Shown piece by piece: positions 9,959-20,040 of a DNA stretch of 64,000 nucleotides; position 1 is the stretch's first letter, and every line of letters begins with the position of its first letter. Source of the DNA: Candidatus Kerfeldbacteria bacterium (lineage in GTDB: Bacteria > Patescibacteriota > Patescibacteriia > UBA9570 > XYC2-FULL-38-9); the NCBI GenBank assembly GCA_016182555.1, contig JACPGJ010000007.1, positions 64,053 to 128,052 of the forward strand, in the 5' to 3' direction. The translations under genes and the position numbers were made by a program. The notes under the pieces were generated by a model. That model ran no database searches. It saw nothing but the letters and a program-made list of their open reading frames with translations, and was not told the origin of the DNA.

Positions 9959-11995
9959 TTATTCGCCGCAATACACGGCAAACTGCTTATTCGGAATATT
10001 GCACGGCGAGACGAACCTCGCCCGATAGGTGCTCGCGTTCTCCGGAAGGATAATCGCGCGCACCATCTTGCCCGTGGTTTCGTCGATAATCGGCCAGCCC
10101 GTGCGGTATCCCGGACCGCTGTCCAAATCCTCAAATGGAATTCCTGAATCAATCGCGCCCAGAACGGCATGCCCATCGGTATCCACCCGCTGGAACCGAT
10201 CACAGCCGCCATAGATATCCTGATCCCAGTAATAATCCGGCACACCGTTTGGCGCCGGCACCCAATCGAGCAGCAGCGTTGCCGTTTTCTGCTCACGGTC
10301 GAGCTTGTAGACCGAAAGCGAGCTGTGCTCCGGGTCAGTCGGATCGTAATCCTGCCGCCCGGTTCCGTTGTTATGCGCGGTAAGAATATCTCCTGAAATC
10401 CGTGCATCATGGGCGTGGAAAAACCATTTCGAGTCTGAAGCCCAAGATCCATCCGGATAAAGCAAGGCGTAGCCTTGGTCCACACCAAAATAGCCTACCT
10501 CGCCGGTTGTCTTAGACACTGCGGCGATGTAATTTCGGTGTTTTGCACCGATGAAGAAAGAATCTTCGTCATCGCAGATGGTGTTGGCGTGATAATAGTC
10601 ACTCCCCCCGCCATAGTATCCGTCTCCGCAATAACAACCGTAGTAATTGCAGATCATATAAGAACAATATGTCGGCGTTCCGACATACGTTGAGTCATCG
10701 TCACCACTGCTGGGTGTAGCCCAAGGTGTTGGAGAATCAGTGCTCGGCGTGCAGGTTACTTCTCCTTCAGGTTCGGGCGTGGAATTATCGTAAGGAGTGC
10801 TGTCTCCTGCCGTCGCATCATCATCTCCGTCAGCGGGAGTTTCCATTGGAGTTGGTAATACCGAGTCATCTTCGTTAGTGAGCGGGCTATCAATGCCGTG
10901 AGCCAGCCCGTCTACACATCCGCTCCAGTACTGCTCCACTTGGCCACTTTCTGGATTGATAATGGCGCGACCGAAGCTCATCCAGCTCGTATCACCATCT
11001 ACACACGATTCACTTGTGAGAGCTTGGATGTAGCCCTCTGTGGTCCACTCCGCGTCGTGCGAATCATAGTAGACGCCGAGTTCAGAAACTTCCGGCATCT
11101 CTGCAGCGACATCTTCTGCCTGCATCAGCACTTCCCCGCGTAAATCTACGCGGGTAACACCACTGCCATATCCGTAGTATCCACAGGTGCTTCCCCCGCT
11201 CGAACCATACCATCCACTTCCACCTTCTGCGATGGTTTTCTCTGATGTGGTATTAGCCTGAAGATGATGATGCGGACGTGGTAGCTCTTTGTAGGAGTTT
11301 TCCGGAATAGACATCTTGGCCGATTCATATTCCGGGTACGTGTTTTCAGGAACACACCCTGTTCCAATCGGCGCAGAAATCAACGCTTCTGGGCGGCCAC
11401 CTTCTTCTCTGCCATGCGGCAGAAGTTCACAAATAAAGAATCCACCCGCCACTTCAACAGCAGCGCGGATCTGCCCGAACTGGTCAACGAGTACACATCC
11501 AGTGAAACTCAAACCGTTGGTCCAGTCGTAGAAGGAAACATGACCGAATACATATCCGGGCGCGTCTTTCGCTGTTGTACCGGCGAGCTGGAAGCCACCT
11601 TGCAACGCCGGCACATCGGGTTCAGTTCTGACACTGACCTCTCCCGTCGATTCACCCGATTTCGCGTAGCAGGTGTAGTCAGCGTCAGGTAGCAGGTAAT
11701 AAATTTCGTATTGACCGATATTTACAACAAGGCTGCTGACGCTGGGGAACGAAGCGTCTGATGGGTCGAGATTGACCTCACACCACACATCGCCACCCTT
11801 CTCATCCGGCCAGACAATATCAAGAATCACGTGATGCGCCCCAGTCTCCATGGGAGTGATCTCCGGAACGGGCACAAAAACCGGCACCGGGGTCGGAGTT
11901 GCTTCTGTAAGCGGCGGGCTGTGCTGCGCACAGGCGAAAAAGAAGCAGATGGCAAAAACAGAAAAAAACAGAGAACAATTGACCTTCACGTTCAT
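9959..11995 (-). CDS. large secreted protein with Cys/Tyr/Gly-rich segment
   Basis: Signal peptide, 678 aa, GC-rich relative to the genome; unusual CSYMICNYYGCYCGDGYYGGGSDYY stretch. Confidence 0.5.
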   Translation of the reverse strand: MNVKVNCSLFFSVFAICFFFACAQHSPPLTEATPTPVPVFVPVPEITPMETGAHHVILDIVWPDEKGGDVWCEVNLDPSDASFPSVSSLVVNIGQYEIYYLLPDADYTCYAKSGESTGEVSVRTEPDVPALQGGFQLAGTTAKDAPGYVFGHVSFYDWTNGLSFTGCVLVDQFGQIRAAVEVAGGFFICELLPHGREEGGRPEALISAPIGTGCVPENTYPEYESAKMSIPENSYKELPRPHHHLQANTTSEKTIAEGGSGWYGSSGGSTCGYYGYGSGVTRVDLRGEVLMQAEDVAAEMPEVSELGVYYDSHDAEWTTEGYIQALTSESCVDGDTSWMSFGRAIINPESGQVEQYWSGCVDGLAHGIDSPLTNEDDSVLPTPMETPADGDDDATAGDSTPYDNSTPEPEGEVTCTPSTDSPTPWATPSSGDDDSTYVGTPTYCSYMICNYYGCYCGDGYYGGGSDYYHANTICDDEDSFFIGAKHRNYIAAVSKTTGEVGYFGVDQGYALLYPDGSWASDSKWFFHAHDARISGDILTAHNNGTGRQDYDPTDPEHSSLSVYKLDREQKTATLLLDWVPAPNGVPDYYWDQDIYGGCDRFQRVDTDGHAVLGAIDSGIPFEDLDSGPGYRTGWPIIDETTGKMVRAIILPENASTYRARFVSPCNIPNKQFAVYCGE

Positions 11996-12019
11996 GGCAG
12001 AGTCTCCTTGGTTGAACAG

Positions 12020-13579
12020 TTACTGCAGTGCTCCAAAATCACCCGGATTCATAATTCGGGCTTGATAGGACTGACCTAACTGGTTTGTAATCAGCACACC
12101 TCCTTTCTCTTGCGTCATGTCTTCGTTTACGAAAATCCAACCGCTGGCCATTTGGCCCGAATCAGTCGGATATCCTTTATATACATCAACAAGCCTCAGC
12201 CCGTTGATGTCAGTATCAACAGAACCCATAACGGGCTGACTCGTTTCCGGGTCAGGGTACCAAAGCGAGAGCACCTGAGCGGTGCGTGCTTCAACATCTA
12301 CATCCAGCACCAGTGCTTCACTGTGGCCATCGACCCCATCGGCATCTTCGTTCCATCCATTGTTAAATATGGTCACGTGGTCGAATGGGTCAAGACGAAC
12401 ATCATGCTGGTGAACGAGAGGTGACACAATGGAACTTCCATTCGGATCGGACCAGGTAAACTGATTCGATTCACCACCCATGATCCAGCTAATGTCCGCA
12501 AAATTGAGTCCGTTGTCCAGGTTGAGCGAGATGATCTCGCTCTGACTCCGAAGCGAGATCCATAAATGTCCATCCTCACAGTTATCACACAGTGAGTTTG
12601 GGTGGTATGGATCATTCTCGAAATCCAACCAGTCAAGTTCGCCATCTTCCGGCGGCTGAGGGTTTTCTACAACGTAGAAGCCCTGTGCGTTGCCATGGTT
12701 GGCGAGGTATTCTTCGCTGCACCAGTAATCAACAACACTGCCATCTTTCGCATACTGAACAATAAGAACAGAATAATATTCCTCCTCTCCGGCTTCGTTA
12801 CTCACGACCCCGGTTTTGAAGGTAATCATTCCACTATCTTTCGTTGCGATCGTGGCATGCGTCTCACCGAATCCGCTGTCGTGTTCACACACGGGTTCTG
12901 CGGAAAGAGTTGCGCTCGTTTGCTGCCCCATCAACGAGACCCTGCCAGGGATGCCCTCTGCACAAGGAAATGGGATTCCTTGGTAATAAATGTAGCATTC
13001 ATCACCTGGATCCGGATCCGTGAGTGCTGCAACAAGAAACTGCAATTCACCATCGCTGGTGTATTCAGTTTGAATGCTGCCGCCGTTGGTTGCTTGGTAG
13101 TACCAACGCACCCGACCCTGCGCGTCGACCACCACATAGTAGTGAAACCAATCGCCACTGTACGTGGCAACAGAATACTGCCCGGCGATCCAGGGTAGGT
13201 CGTCTTGATTGTTGCTGAGCGGCGCGAACGCGTGCTGCAGTTGAGAAGGCAGCTCGGGCGTAGTGAATTCGACCGCCTTCACGCACTCTGCAGAACAGCT
13301 GTATGCCGTGTTAGGAAGAAGTCCGGAAAACTGATACTGATACGTGCCAGTCTCCGAATTTTCTTTCACCGCAACTGCTGTTCGCGTGTCGTCATCAGCC
13401 ATACAAGTGATGTTCAAATCATCATCAGATGCCATGACCACAGCGGTGTTCGCGATTGATGAAATAACCTCCAATGGTACGATTGTCGCACAGGTCTGCG
13501 TCGACGACATATTTTCTTTTTCACACCCCACAAGAGAAAGAGCAACAAGAGCGACAAGCGCAGTGATGTTCAAACGCAT
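12020..13579 (-). CDS. secreted lipoprotein, hypothetical
   Basis: Signal peptide with lipobox LVGC; 519 aa; GC-rich; AAGGAAA RBS upstream of the ATG. Confidence 0.5.
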   Translation of the reverse strand: MRLNITALVALVALSLVGCEKENMSSTQTCATIVPLEVISSIANTAVVMASDDDLNITCMADDDTRTAVAVKENSETGTYQYQFSGLLPNTAYSCSAECVKAVEFTTPELPSQLQHAFAPLSNNQDDLPWIAGQYSVATYSGDWFHYYVVVDAQGRVRWYYQATNGGSIQTEYTSDGELQFLVAALTDPDPGDECYIYYQGIPFPCAEGIPGRVSLMGQQTSATLSAEPVCEHDSGFGETHATIATKDSGMITFKTGVVSNEAGEEEYYSVLIVQYAKDGSVVDYWCSEEYLANHGNAQGFYVVENPQPPEDGELDWLDFENDPYHPNSLCDNCEDGHLWISLRSQSEIISLNLDNGLNFADISWIMGGESNQFTWSDPNGSSIVSPLVHQHDVRLDPFDHVTIFNNGWNEDADGVDGHSEALVLDVDVEARTAQVLSLWYPDPETSQPVMGSVDTDINGLRLVDVYKGYPTDSGQMASGWIFVNEDMTQEKGGVLITNQLGQSYQARIMNPGDFGALQ

Positions 13580-13706
13580 AACTCATTTCCTTTCAAGGAG
13601 CAAGGGATTTGAGAGAAATAAAAAGAGATCGATATGATTCTCCTTTATACTGGCACCCTGCACAGCCAGGAAATAAGCTCCTCATTTCCTACACTCGTGG
13701 CTGTTC

Positions 13707-13750
13707 ATTATAAATGTAATAGAGATAGAACTCTATCTCTACTGTATAAT
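13707..13750. promoter_or_regulatory. divergent -10 boxes flanking a perfect 9-bp inverted repeat (AGAGATAGA-AC-TCTATCTCT)
   Basis: Minus-strand TATAAT at 13707-13712 faces the lipoprotein gene; plus-strand extended -10 TGTATAAT at 13743-13750; palindrome at 13721-13740 between them. Confidence 0.3.
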
Positions 13751-13965
13751 TCAAATACAATCAAAATGTTACACTGCGGACATAACTCACGCGTAGCTGT
13801 ATATAGAGTATTACGGTTGAGCAACTAAAAATGTGACTCCGCTTAAGAAGCCACACGCGAATAACAGGTAGAAATCAATTCGTGGTGTTCGTCATCATTT
13901 AGCTGATGCTTTTTCACACCGAACACCGCCAGCACAATACATCAACACTTTCTTTTCACGCAACT

Positions 13966-14703
13966 CTATTCCACATCTTTGAGCGTAGCGGAAGCAAGAA
14001 AAAGAAGTACCAGCGCATACCCCACAAGAATAGCAATATTACTCCAATGATCAACAAACATTTCACCGCGCAACACAATCCCTTTAATAATATCGAATGC
14101 ATAATAGACCGGGAAAATATGGCCCAGCCAATCAGCCCAGACTGGTAAACGATCATTATCAATTAATAATCCAGACAAAAAAATAGATGGAAGAATAAAT
14201 AAGGGAATAAAAGGAAATACCTGCGCTTCGCTACGGGCAAACGTAGAAACAAGTATACCGAGCATGACGGAATCAATAGCGAGCAACCAAATTGGCAAAA
14301 ACAACGATAAGATTGTTTGGGCGCTGTAATCCAAGTGGAAGAGTAATAACGCTTCCCCTAAAGCAACAGCCGCTTGTAGTGTTGCTAATCCAAGATACCC
14401 AATCACATAACCAGAAATGATGCTACGTTTATGAAACCCACTGACAAACATCCTCTCCAGGGTACCTTGCGATCGCTCTTGCACTAATACCATCGCACAC
14501 AACAAAAATGCAAAAAAATACACAAGGAAACCTGCGATCGGCACGACATACCTCTCTACCGGAAATCCATCGGCCATCGTATCAAAAAATAATTTCAAGA
14601 AAAAAATAATAATGAGTGGCGCAACAATAGAAAGCGCGAGAAAGCGTTTATCGCGACGGAGTTGATGAACCACTTTTTGTGCAACAATAATGGTGTGTGT
14701 CAT
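13966..14703 (-). CDS. ABC-2 type transporter permease
   Basis: 6 TM helices, typical ABC-2 length; 4-bp overlap with the upstream ATPase gene. Confidence 0.65.
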   Translation of the reverse strand: MTHTIIVAQKVVHQLRRDKRFLALSIVAPLIIIFFLKLFFDTMADGFPVERYVVPIAGFLVYFFAFLLCAMVLVQERSQGTLERMFVSGFHKRSIISGYVIGYLGLATLQAAVALGEALLLFHLDYSAQTILSLFLPIWLLAIDSVMLGILVSTFARSEAQVFPFIPLFILPSIFLSGLLIDNDRLPVWADWLGHIFPVYYAFDIIKGIVLRGEMFVDHWSNIAILVGYALVLLFLASATLKDVE

Positions 14704-15554
14704 AATTTTTCTTCTTGTTTGTTGACGAGCGAAAGAATAATCGATTCCAGTGAATCTTGTTGAAGGGCAACGGCCTGCACATCGGGAGACAACCCATACT
14801 GATGCAAATGATTCGCAAGAGCTTCAGGAGTAGAAGCGATTTGTGTTGTCTGTTTTTGCGTTCCCTGCTGCACTACCACCCGTGTTTTTCCACGTTGCAA
14901 AATATGTTGTGGTGTATCCACAGCAATCATCTGGCCACGCCGCAAAATAGCCACCGAATCGCACAGCAGCGCTTCATCCATTAAATGTGTGCTAATAAAT
15001 AACGTCATTCCACGCCCAGCCATCTCACGAAAAAAATCCCATGAGCGAGCTTTTAAGTGTGGGTCAACAGCGGCCGTTGGCTCATCTAACAACAACATTT
15101 CCGGGTCATGGATGAGGGCACACGCCAACGATACACGTTTTTTCATACCACCGGAAAATGTATGCACGGGGTCATTGGCGCGGTCACGCAGTTCCGTAAA
15201 ATCTAAAATCTCATCGAGCTTTTTGTTCAGCTGCAGCGTATGATGCGCCCGCCCAAAAAACGCAATATTTTCGCGGGCAGACAAATCTTCATATAACGCT
15301 GCCGACTGTGGCATATATCCAATTCGTTTACGTAAACTCCAGCGGTCATGAATGGGGTCCAAATTAAACACACGAATCGTGCCCGCGTTTGGGCACAGAC
15401 TGCCGACCAACGCTTTAATCAATGTCGACTTCCCTGCGCCATTTGGCCCAACCAACCCATAAATCGCTCCTTTTTCAACAGAAAAATCTACGCCACGCAG
15501 CGCTTCTATTTTGCCGTATCGTTTGCGTAAACCTGCAATTTCTATGACTGGCAT
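14700..15554 (-). CDS. ABC transporter ATP-binding protein
   Basis: Walker A GPNGAGKST, signature FSGGMKKRVSLA, Walker B LLLDEP; start moved to MPVIEIAGL (the track ORF carries a 17-aa hydrophobic N-extension). Confidence 0.85.
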   Translation of the reverse strand: MPVIEIAGLRKRYGKIEALRGVDFSVEKGAIYGLVGPNGAGKSTLIKALVGSLCPNAGTIRVFNLDPIHDRWSLRKRIGYMPQSAALYEDLSARENIAFFGRAHHTLQLNKKLDEILDFTELRDRANDPVHTFSGGMKKRVSLACALIHDPEMLLLDEPTAAVDPHLKARSWDFFREMAGRGMTLFISTHLMDEALLCDSVAILRRGQMIAVDTPQHILQRGKTRVVVQQGTQKQTTQIASTPEALANHLHQYGLSPDVQAVALQQDSLESIILSLVNKQEEKL

Positions 15555-15631
15555 ATCATAAAAATAATACCATAACAACAGCAAAATTGGTAACCGAATT
15601 TTCAATATTGTATACTCAATGCATATCTTCT

Positions 15632-16210
15632 ATGGACACCCAAATCATCAATTTTTTGTCGCACCACCACGTCTCTATTATATTCTTAGGCGCGTTTTTC
15701 TTTGGCGAAACTGTTATTATTGCTGCAGCCTATCTTGCCGCACAAGGGCTATGGTCGCCAGCCACGGTTTTCCTCTTGGCATTCTTTGGCACCATGGCTT
15801 CAGATATCTGCTGGTTTTGGATCGGTGGAAAATTTCATGGCGCCATTGAAAAACGTGCGTCTTACCAGGTACAACAACAAAAATACGCCCACTTCTTGAA
15901 AAAACTCACTGGTGAAAAACCGTTTTTAGCTTTACTATTTATTAAATTTCTCTACGGCACGCGCATTCTTACTCTGCTCTATCTTTCTATGCGCAAAGTT
16001 CGCATGCGATACTTGGTGATATACAATGCTATTGGTACAATATTCTGGCTAGCCGTTATTATTCCGATAGGTTGGCTGACACAAAAAGGATTAACGACCG
16101 CCGTTCCGCTACTGGGAAAACTGGAATACTCGTTGCTCGGCATTCTTATGCTCATCATACTCATCAAAATTCTCTTTTTATGGATCAACCGCATCACGAT
16201 AGAAAAGTAA
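15632..16210 (+). CDS. DedA/VTT-family membrane protein
   Basis: Polytopic membrane protein of DedA size; start chosen at MDTQIINFL downstream of a TATACT -10. Confidence 0.45.
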   Translation: MDTQIINFLSHHHVSIIFLGAFFFGETVIIAAAYLAAQGLWSPATVFLLAFFGTMASDICWFWIGGKFHGAIEKRASYQVQQQKYAHFLKKLTGEKPFLALLFIKFLYGTRILTLLYLSMRKVRMRYLVIYNAIGTIFWLAVIIPIGWLTQKGLTTAVPLLGKLEYSLLGILMLIILIKILFLWINRITIEK

Positions 16211-17067
16211 GCGCCATTGTCGCCGCATATAATGAAGAAGCACGCATTGGTGCTGTATTAGATTTGCTGACCACTTGCTCACATCTTGATGAAGTTATTG
16301 TGGTGAATGATGGTTCGACAGATAAAACAGAAGCAGTAGTAAAACGTTACCCAACGGTGCGATACACCAAACACGCTACGAACCGCGGAAAAGGCGCCGC
16401 TATCGATACTGGAGTTCAACTTGCGGGGCATGATGTACTCTTTTTTTGTGATGCAGATATTTCTGGACTAACGCACAACATGATTCAACAAATGACTGAA
16501 CCCGTGACCAGCGGCCGAGTGGAGATGTTTATTGGCATGCGTAATAGAAAAATATATTTGGTACGATATTTTCTCTCTTTTGTTCCGCTCGTTGGTGGCG
16601 AACGTGCACTCACCAAAAACCTCTGGCAATCGTTACCTGCGAAATATAAAGAACGATTTAAAATAGAAGCTGCGCTGAATTTCTATGCCGCGTACGAAGG
16701 AAAAGGATTTGATTATTGCTTTTTTTCCGGCGTCACACAAACAATCAAAGAAAAAAAATATGGATTAGGGCACGGTTTTACTCAACGCATGCAGATGTAC
16801 GCAGAAATTACAGTTCTCGTATTTCAGTTGCAATTACAAGAACCGCCGCATGTTCTTCGCACACGCCGCTTACTCTGGTTGGGCTTATTGCGCAATATCG
16901 TTGGCATAGCCATTGGCAGTATCATCATGCGTCTATGGCCACTGCTTATTCCGGTTGGATTATTTCTTATTATAGTGAACATGCTATTTTTTGCTTTAAG
17001 CGCACGCAACCTCGTACGAACATTTCACCTATTTTCTCACATACAAGGCGCTCCTCCCAAATACTAA
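16180..17067 (+). CDS. family 2 glycosyltransferase
   Basis: SAIVAAYNEE...VIVVNDGSTDKT...FCDADI (DxD) GT2 signature, plus C-terminal TM helices. Confidence 0.7.
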   Translation: MDQPHHDRKVSAIVAAYNEEARIGAVLDLLTTCSHLDEVIVVNDGSTDKTEAVVKRYPTVRYTKHATNRGKGAAIDTGVQLAGHDVLFFCDADISGLTHNMIQQMTEPVTSGRVEMFIGMRNRKIYLVRYFLSFVPLVGGERALTKNLWQSLPAKYKERFKIEAALNFYAAYEGKGFDYCFFSGVTQTIKEKKYGLGHGFTQRMQMYAEITVLVFQLQLQEPPHVLRTRRLLWLGLLRNIVGIAIGSIIMRLWPLLIPVGLFLIIVNMLFFALSARNLVRTFHLFSHIQGAPPKY

Positions 17068-17072
17068 GTTGC

Positions 17073-17984
17073 TTATTCACAAGCCATAGCATTACGCAAC
17101 TGCTGTAAATTTTCTTCCATAATAGACACATAGGTTTTGCCATTTTTTTGATCGTCTGCTGATACGCCTTCAATCGGATCGAGTATAGCTGTCTGCGCGC
17201 CTACTTCACGCGCAATTGTTTCTGCCAATTTCGGGCTCACCAATGTTTCAAAAAAAATGTATTGAATATGCTTTTCTTGTACGAGTGTCGCAATCTCGCC
17301 CATGGTCTTTGGCGACGGCTCTTCTTCAGGTGAAATGCCCGTAATAGGAATAATGGAAAAATGATACCGCCGTGCCAGATAACCAAATGCATCATGCGAA
17401 ACGACGATATCCTGTATACGGCAATGTTGTAACGATTGTTGATATTGTTGATCCAGATTCGCTAATTGCGCAATATAATTTTCACTATTTTGTGTATATG
17501 TCGCTGCGTGCGTTGGGTCCACAGCCACCAGCGCTGATGCTAATGCGCGAACTTCTTTTTGTGCCAATACTGGGTCCAACCAAAAATGCGGATCACTCGC
17601 AACATATTGACCATCATTCTCTAACACATTGCTCATGGTGATAACAGAAACACCAGCCGCTTCTAATTCTGCGGTTTGCTCTTGCGCCCACTGGTCCATA
17701 CCTGCACCATTCACCAGAAATAACTGGCTGTTGTGTATTGCCGCAATATCACGCGGGCTGGGTTCAAAATCATGCGGTTCACTTCCTGCAGGGACAATCG
17801 TATGCACGCTCACCAGGTCTCCCCCAACGTGCTGCGCAAAATGCGCCAATGGGTAAAACGTTGCGCTGATAATGACAGTATCTCCGGCAGTGTCCGTTTC
17901 TCTATGTCTAGAGATCCACCAACCACCTGCCAACAGCAACAACACGCAAATGACAAATACCAGAAATAGTTTATTCAATTTCAT
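17073..17984 (-). CDS. metal (Zn/Mn) ABC transporter substrate-binding protein, ZnuA/TroA-like
   Basis: Signal peptide; conserved H/D/E metal ligands in a TroA-like cluster-9 SBP fold pattern (SATFYPLAHF...PHDFEPSP...DPHFWLDP). Confidence 0.75.
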   Translation of the reverse strand: MKLNKLFLVFVICVLLLLAGGWWISRHRETDTAGDTVIISATFYPLAHFAQHVGGDLVSVHTIVPAGSEPHDFEPSPRDIAAIHNSQLFLVNGAGMDQWAQEQTAELEAAGVSVITMSNVLENDGQYVASDPHFWLDPVLAQKEVRALASALVAVDPTHAATYTQNSENYIAQLANLDQQYQQSLQHCRIQDIVVSHDAFGYLARRYHFSIIPITGISPEEEPSPKTMGEIATLVQEKHIQYIFFETLVSPKLAETIAREVGAQTAILDPIEGVSADDQKNGKTYVSIMEENLQQLRNAMACE

Positions 17985-18015
17985 ATTGATGATGATTACT
18001 CATATCCACATCATA

Positions 18016-18040
18016 ATGCAACTCAGTTGCATTTGCAAAT
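18016..18040. promoter_or_regulatory. two adjacent palindromes (ATGCAAC-TCA-GTTGCAT and ATTTGCAAAT), candidate metalloregulator operator
   Basis: Perfect 7-bp inverted repeat with 3-nt spacer at 18016-18032, and a perfect 10-bp palindrome at 18031-18040, 32-56 nt upstream of the ZnuA-like start codon. Confidence 0.3.
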
Positions 18041-18088
18041 ACGCTGTGTGGATAACATTGCTCTTATGAATAAAATTGCCTATACTAT

Positions 18089-19141
18089 ATGTATATGGAA
18101 TTCAAAAAAATTCAAACCGTACTGTTCTTTATACTTCTTTTCGCCGTAGGCATTGTATTCTTTCACATGATTTCGCCATTCTTATTCGCCGTATTCTGGG
18201 CAGCGGTCATGGCGACTATTTTCTACCCGGTCTATCGCGGCTTGCTCAAAATATTGAAACGCCCATCTGTATCTGCTGGTGTTACTCTGCTGATTGCGCT
18301 TATTTTGGTGCTCATTCCCCTGCTCGGCATTTTTGGGTTAATTGTGAAGCAAGCCATTGGCACGTATGCAAAAATTAGCGATCCCGCAACAATTGTCTCT
18401 ATTAAAAACACTATCGAATCATTTGCGGCAAATCCGCTGGTTGCCAAAGCCTTGGAAAACGTGAATGTGGAAGAAAAATTACGCAGCGCGTCAAGCATGA
18501 TTACGCGGAACGGTATTGAATGGTTAAAAATTGGATCGCAAAACACGCTCTCGGCAATACTCTCGCTATTTGTCATGTTGTATTCCATGTTTTTCTTTTT
18601 GAAAGACGGTCCGGCATGGTTGAAGCACCTGATGCATCTGCTTCCATTTGGTGATAAAAACGAAGAACTGCTCTACGATAAATTTGCTTCTGCGGCGAAG
18701 GGAACGTTGAAAGGGACTATTTTAATTGGGTCGCTACAAGGAACATTGGGTGCGATATTTCTCGCCATTGTTGGTATTCCCTCTGCTATTTTTTGGGGCT
18801 TAATGATTACGATATTTTGTATTATCCCTGCGGCTGGTTCTGCCGTGGTTTTGGTGCCAGCGATTATTTACGAATTAGTGACCGGAAGAATATGGCAAGC
18901 CGTGATCCTGATTGTTGGATTAGTGGTGGTAGGGTTGATCGATAACTTGGTGCGTCCGCCACTGGTTGGCAAAGATATTGAAATGCACCCATTGATGATC
19001 TTGTTTTCAACACTCGGCGGCTTAGCGCTGTTTGGTATTTCGGGTGTCGTCATTGGCCCGATTATTGCCACATTCTTTTTTGCGGTACTCGAAATGTACG
19101 AGAATAAATACAAAAAAGAATTAGATAGTTCACGAACATAA
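18089..19141 (+). CDS. AI-2E family transporter (PerM-like)
   Basis: 8 TM helices; conserved AI-2E layout and C-terminal motif region. Confidence 0.75.
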   Translation: MYMEFKKIQTVLFFILLFAVGIVFFHMISPFLFAVFWAAVMATIFYPVYRGLLKILKRPSVSAGVTLLIALILVLIPLLGIFGLIVKQAIGTYAKISDPATIVSIKNTIESFAANPLVAKALENVNVEEKLRSASSMITRNGIEWLKIGSQNTLSAILSLFVMLYSMFFFLKDGPAWLKHLMHLLPFGDKNEELLYDKFASAAKGTLKGTILIGSLQGTLGAIFLAIVGIPSAIFWGLMITIFCIIPAAGSAVVLVPAIIYELVTGRIWQAVILIVGLVVVGLIDNLVRPPLVGKDIEMHPLMILFSTLGGLALFGISGVVIGPIIATFFFAVLEMYENKYKKELDSSRT

Positions 19142-19266
19142 GAAATATTTCTCTTTCACTGCATACCTTCAGCAGAAGATAGAAAATGAAAGGGAACCTG
19201 ACATACGAGCGGTGCGCGGCGGCGGAGGGCAGCTGCGGAGTGTCGTTGGCAGGTGGAGAGGCGGGG

Positions 19267-20040
19267 TTAGGGCAGCAGGGCGGCCTGGATCTGATCGGGG
19301 CTCCAGAAACGGTACTGGGCGGCCGTCGAGCTCGGAGCGCGAACGGTGTCACCGAGCAGCTCGCAGGCGCGGAACGAGTCCGCAGTCAGTTCGCTGATGC
19401 CACCGATTCCGGACAGCGCAGCGACGACCGGCTCAGTGGGCACCAGGTCGAAGATGAGCTGACCATTGACCGAGGCACGCACTGAGGAGGGTCGAACTTC
19501 GACGCTAAGCGTATAGTATTGCCCGGTTTCGAATTGATATGCTTTCGAAATGCCCGCACAGTCGGTGCAGAGAGTGATGCCTCCTGTCGGGAAATTCATA
19601 AACGCCGTGTCCGGATCGATGAGAAAGAAATTCCACTCATCGCCACCGAGACCGATCTCCGGATCAAAACCGAAGTAGATTCCCGCGGTGCCGAAGTCAT
19701 AGGCGTCGAGATGCTCCATTGCCTGAATGGTTTCGACCACATAAGCCTGAGGCAAATCGATATCTACCAATGAAACAGCGGGCTCCCCAGTACCGAGGTA
19801 GTACCCCTGCCCATCGAGTGACCATTCACCCGCGTAGGGCGTCCAGGCGGTATTGGCGACGTTGAATCCGTCCTGAAACAACCGGCGTCCTACGGCTGGA
19901 TTGGCATCATCACAGTCTGTTTTGGTCGGTACGCCATCGCCGTCTGCATCAGTTGGGGCAGCGTGGATACTACCCGCCGTCCAATACAGAAGAGCGCAAA
20001 ACAGACTGGTGGAGCCGAGAATACACATCAGTCGATTCAT
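19267..20040 (-). CDS. secreted concanavalin-A-like/DUF1080-like beta-sandwich protein (horizontally acquired, GC-rich)
   Basis: Start set at MNRLMCILG (GGAG RBS); signal peptide; ...ASVNGQLIFDL... beta-sandwich pattern; about 60-65% GC against a ~42% background. Confidence 0.4.
   Translation of the reverse strand: MNRLMCILGSTSLFCALLYWTAGSIHAAPTDADGDGVPTKTDCDDANPAVGRRLFQDGFNVANTAWTPYAGEWSLDGQGYYLGTGEPAVSLVDIDLPQAYVVETIQAMEHLDAYDFGTAGIYFGFDPEIGLGGDEWNFFLIDPDTAFMNFPTGGITLCTDCAGISKAYQFETGQYYTLSVEVRPSSVRASVNGQLIFDLVPTEPVVAALSGIGGISELTADSFRACELLGDTVRAPSSTAAQYRFWSPDQIQAALLP

Noticed and set aside
14700-15605. Long N-terminal extension (MKIRLPILLLLWYYFYD) on the ABC ATPase
   Set aside because: It is a hydrophobic junk extension before a clean MPVIEIAGL start. 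The start was moved to 15554.
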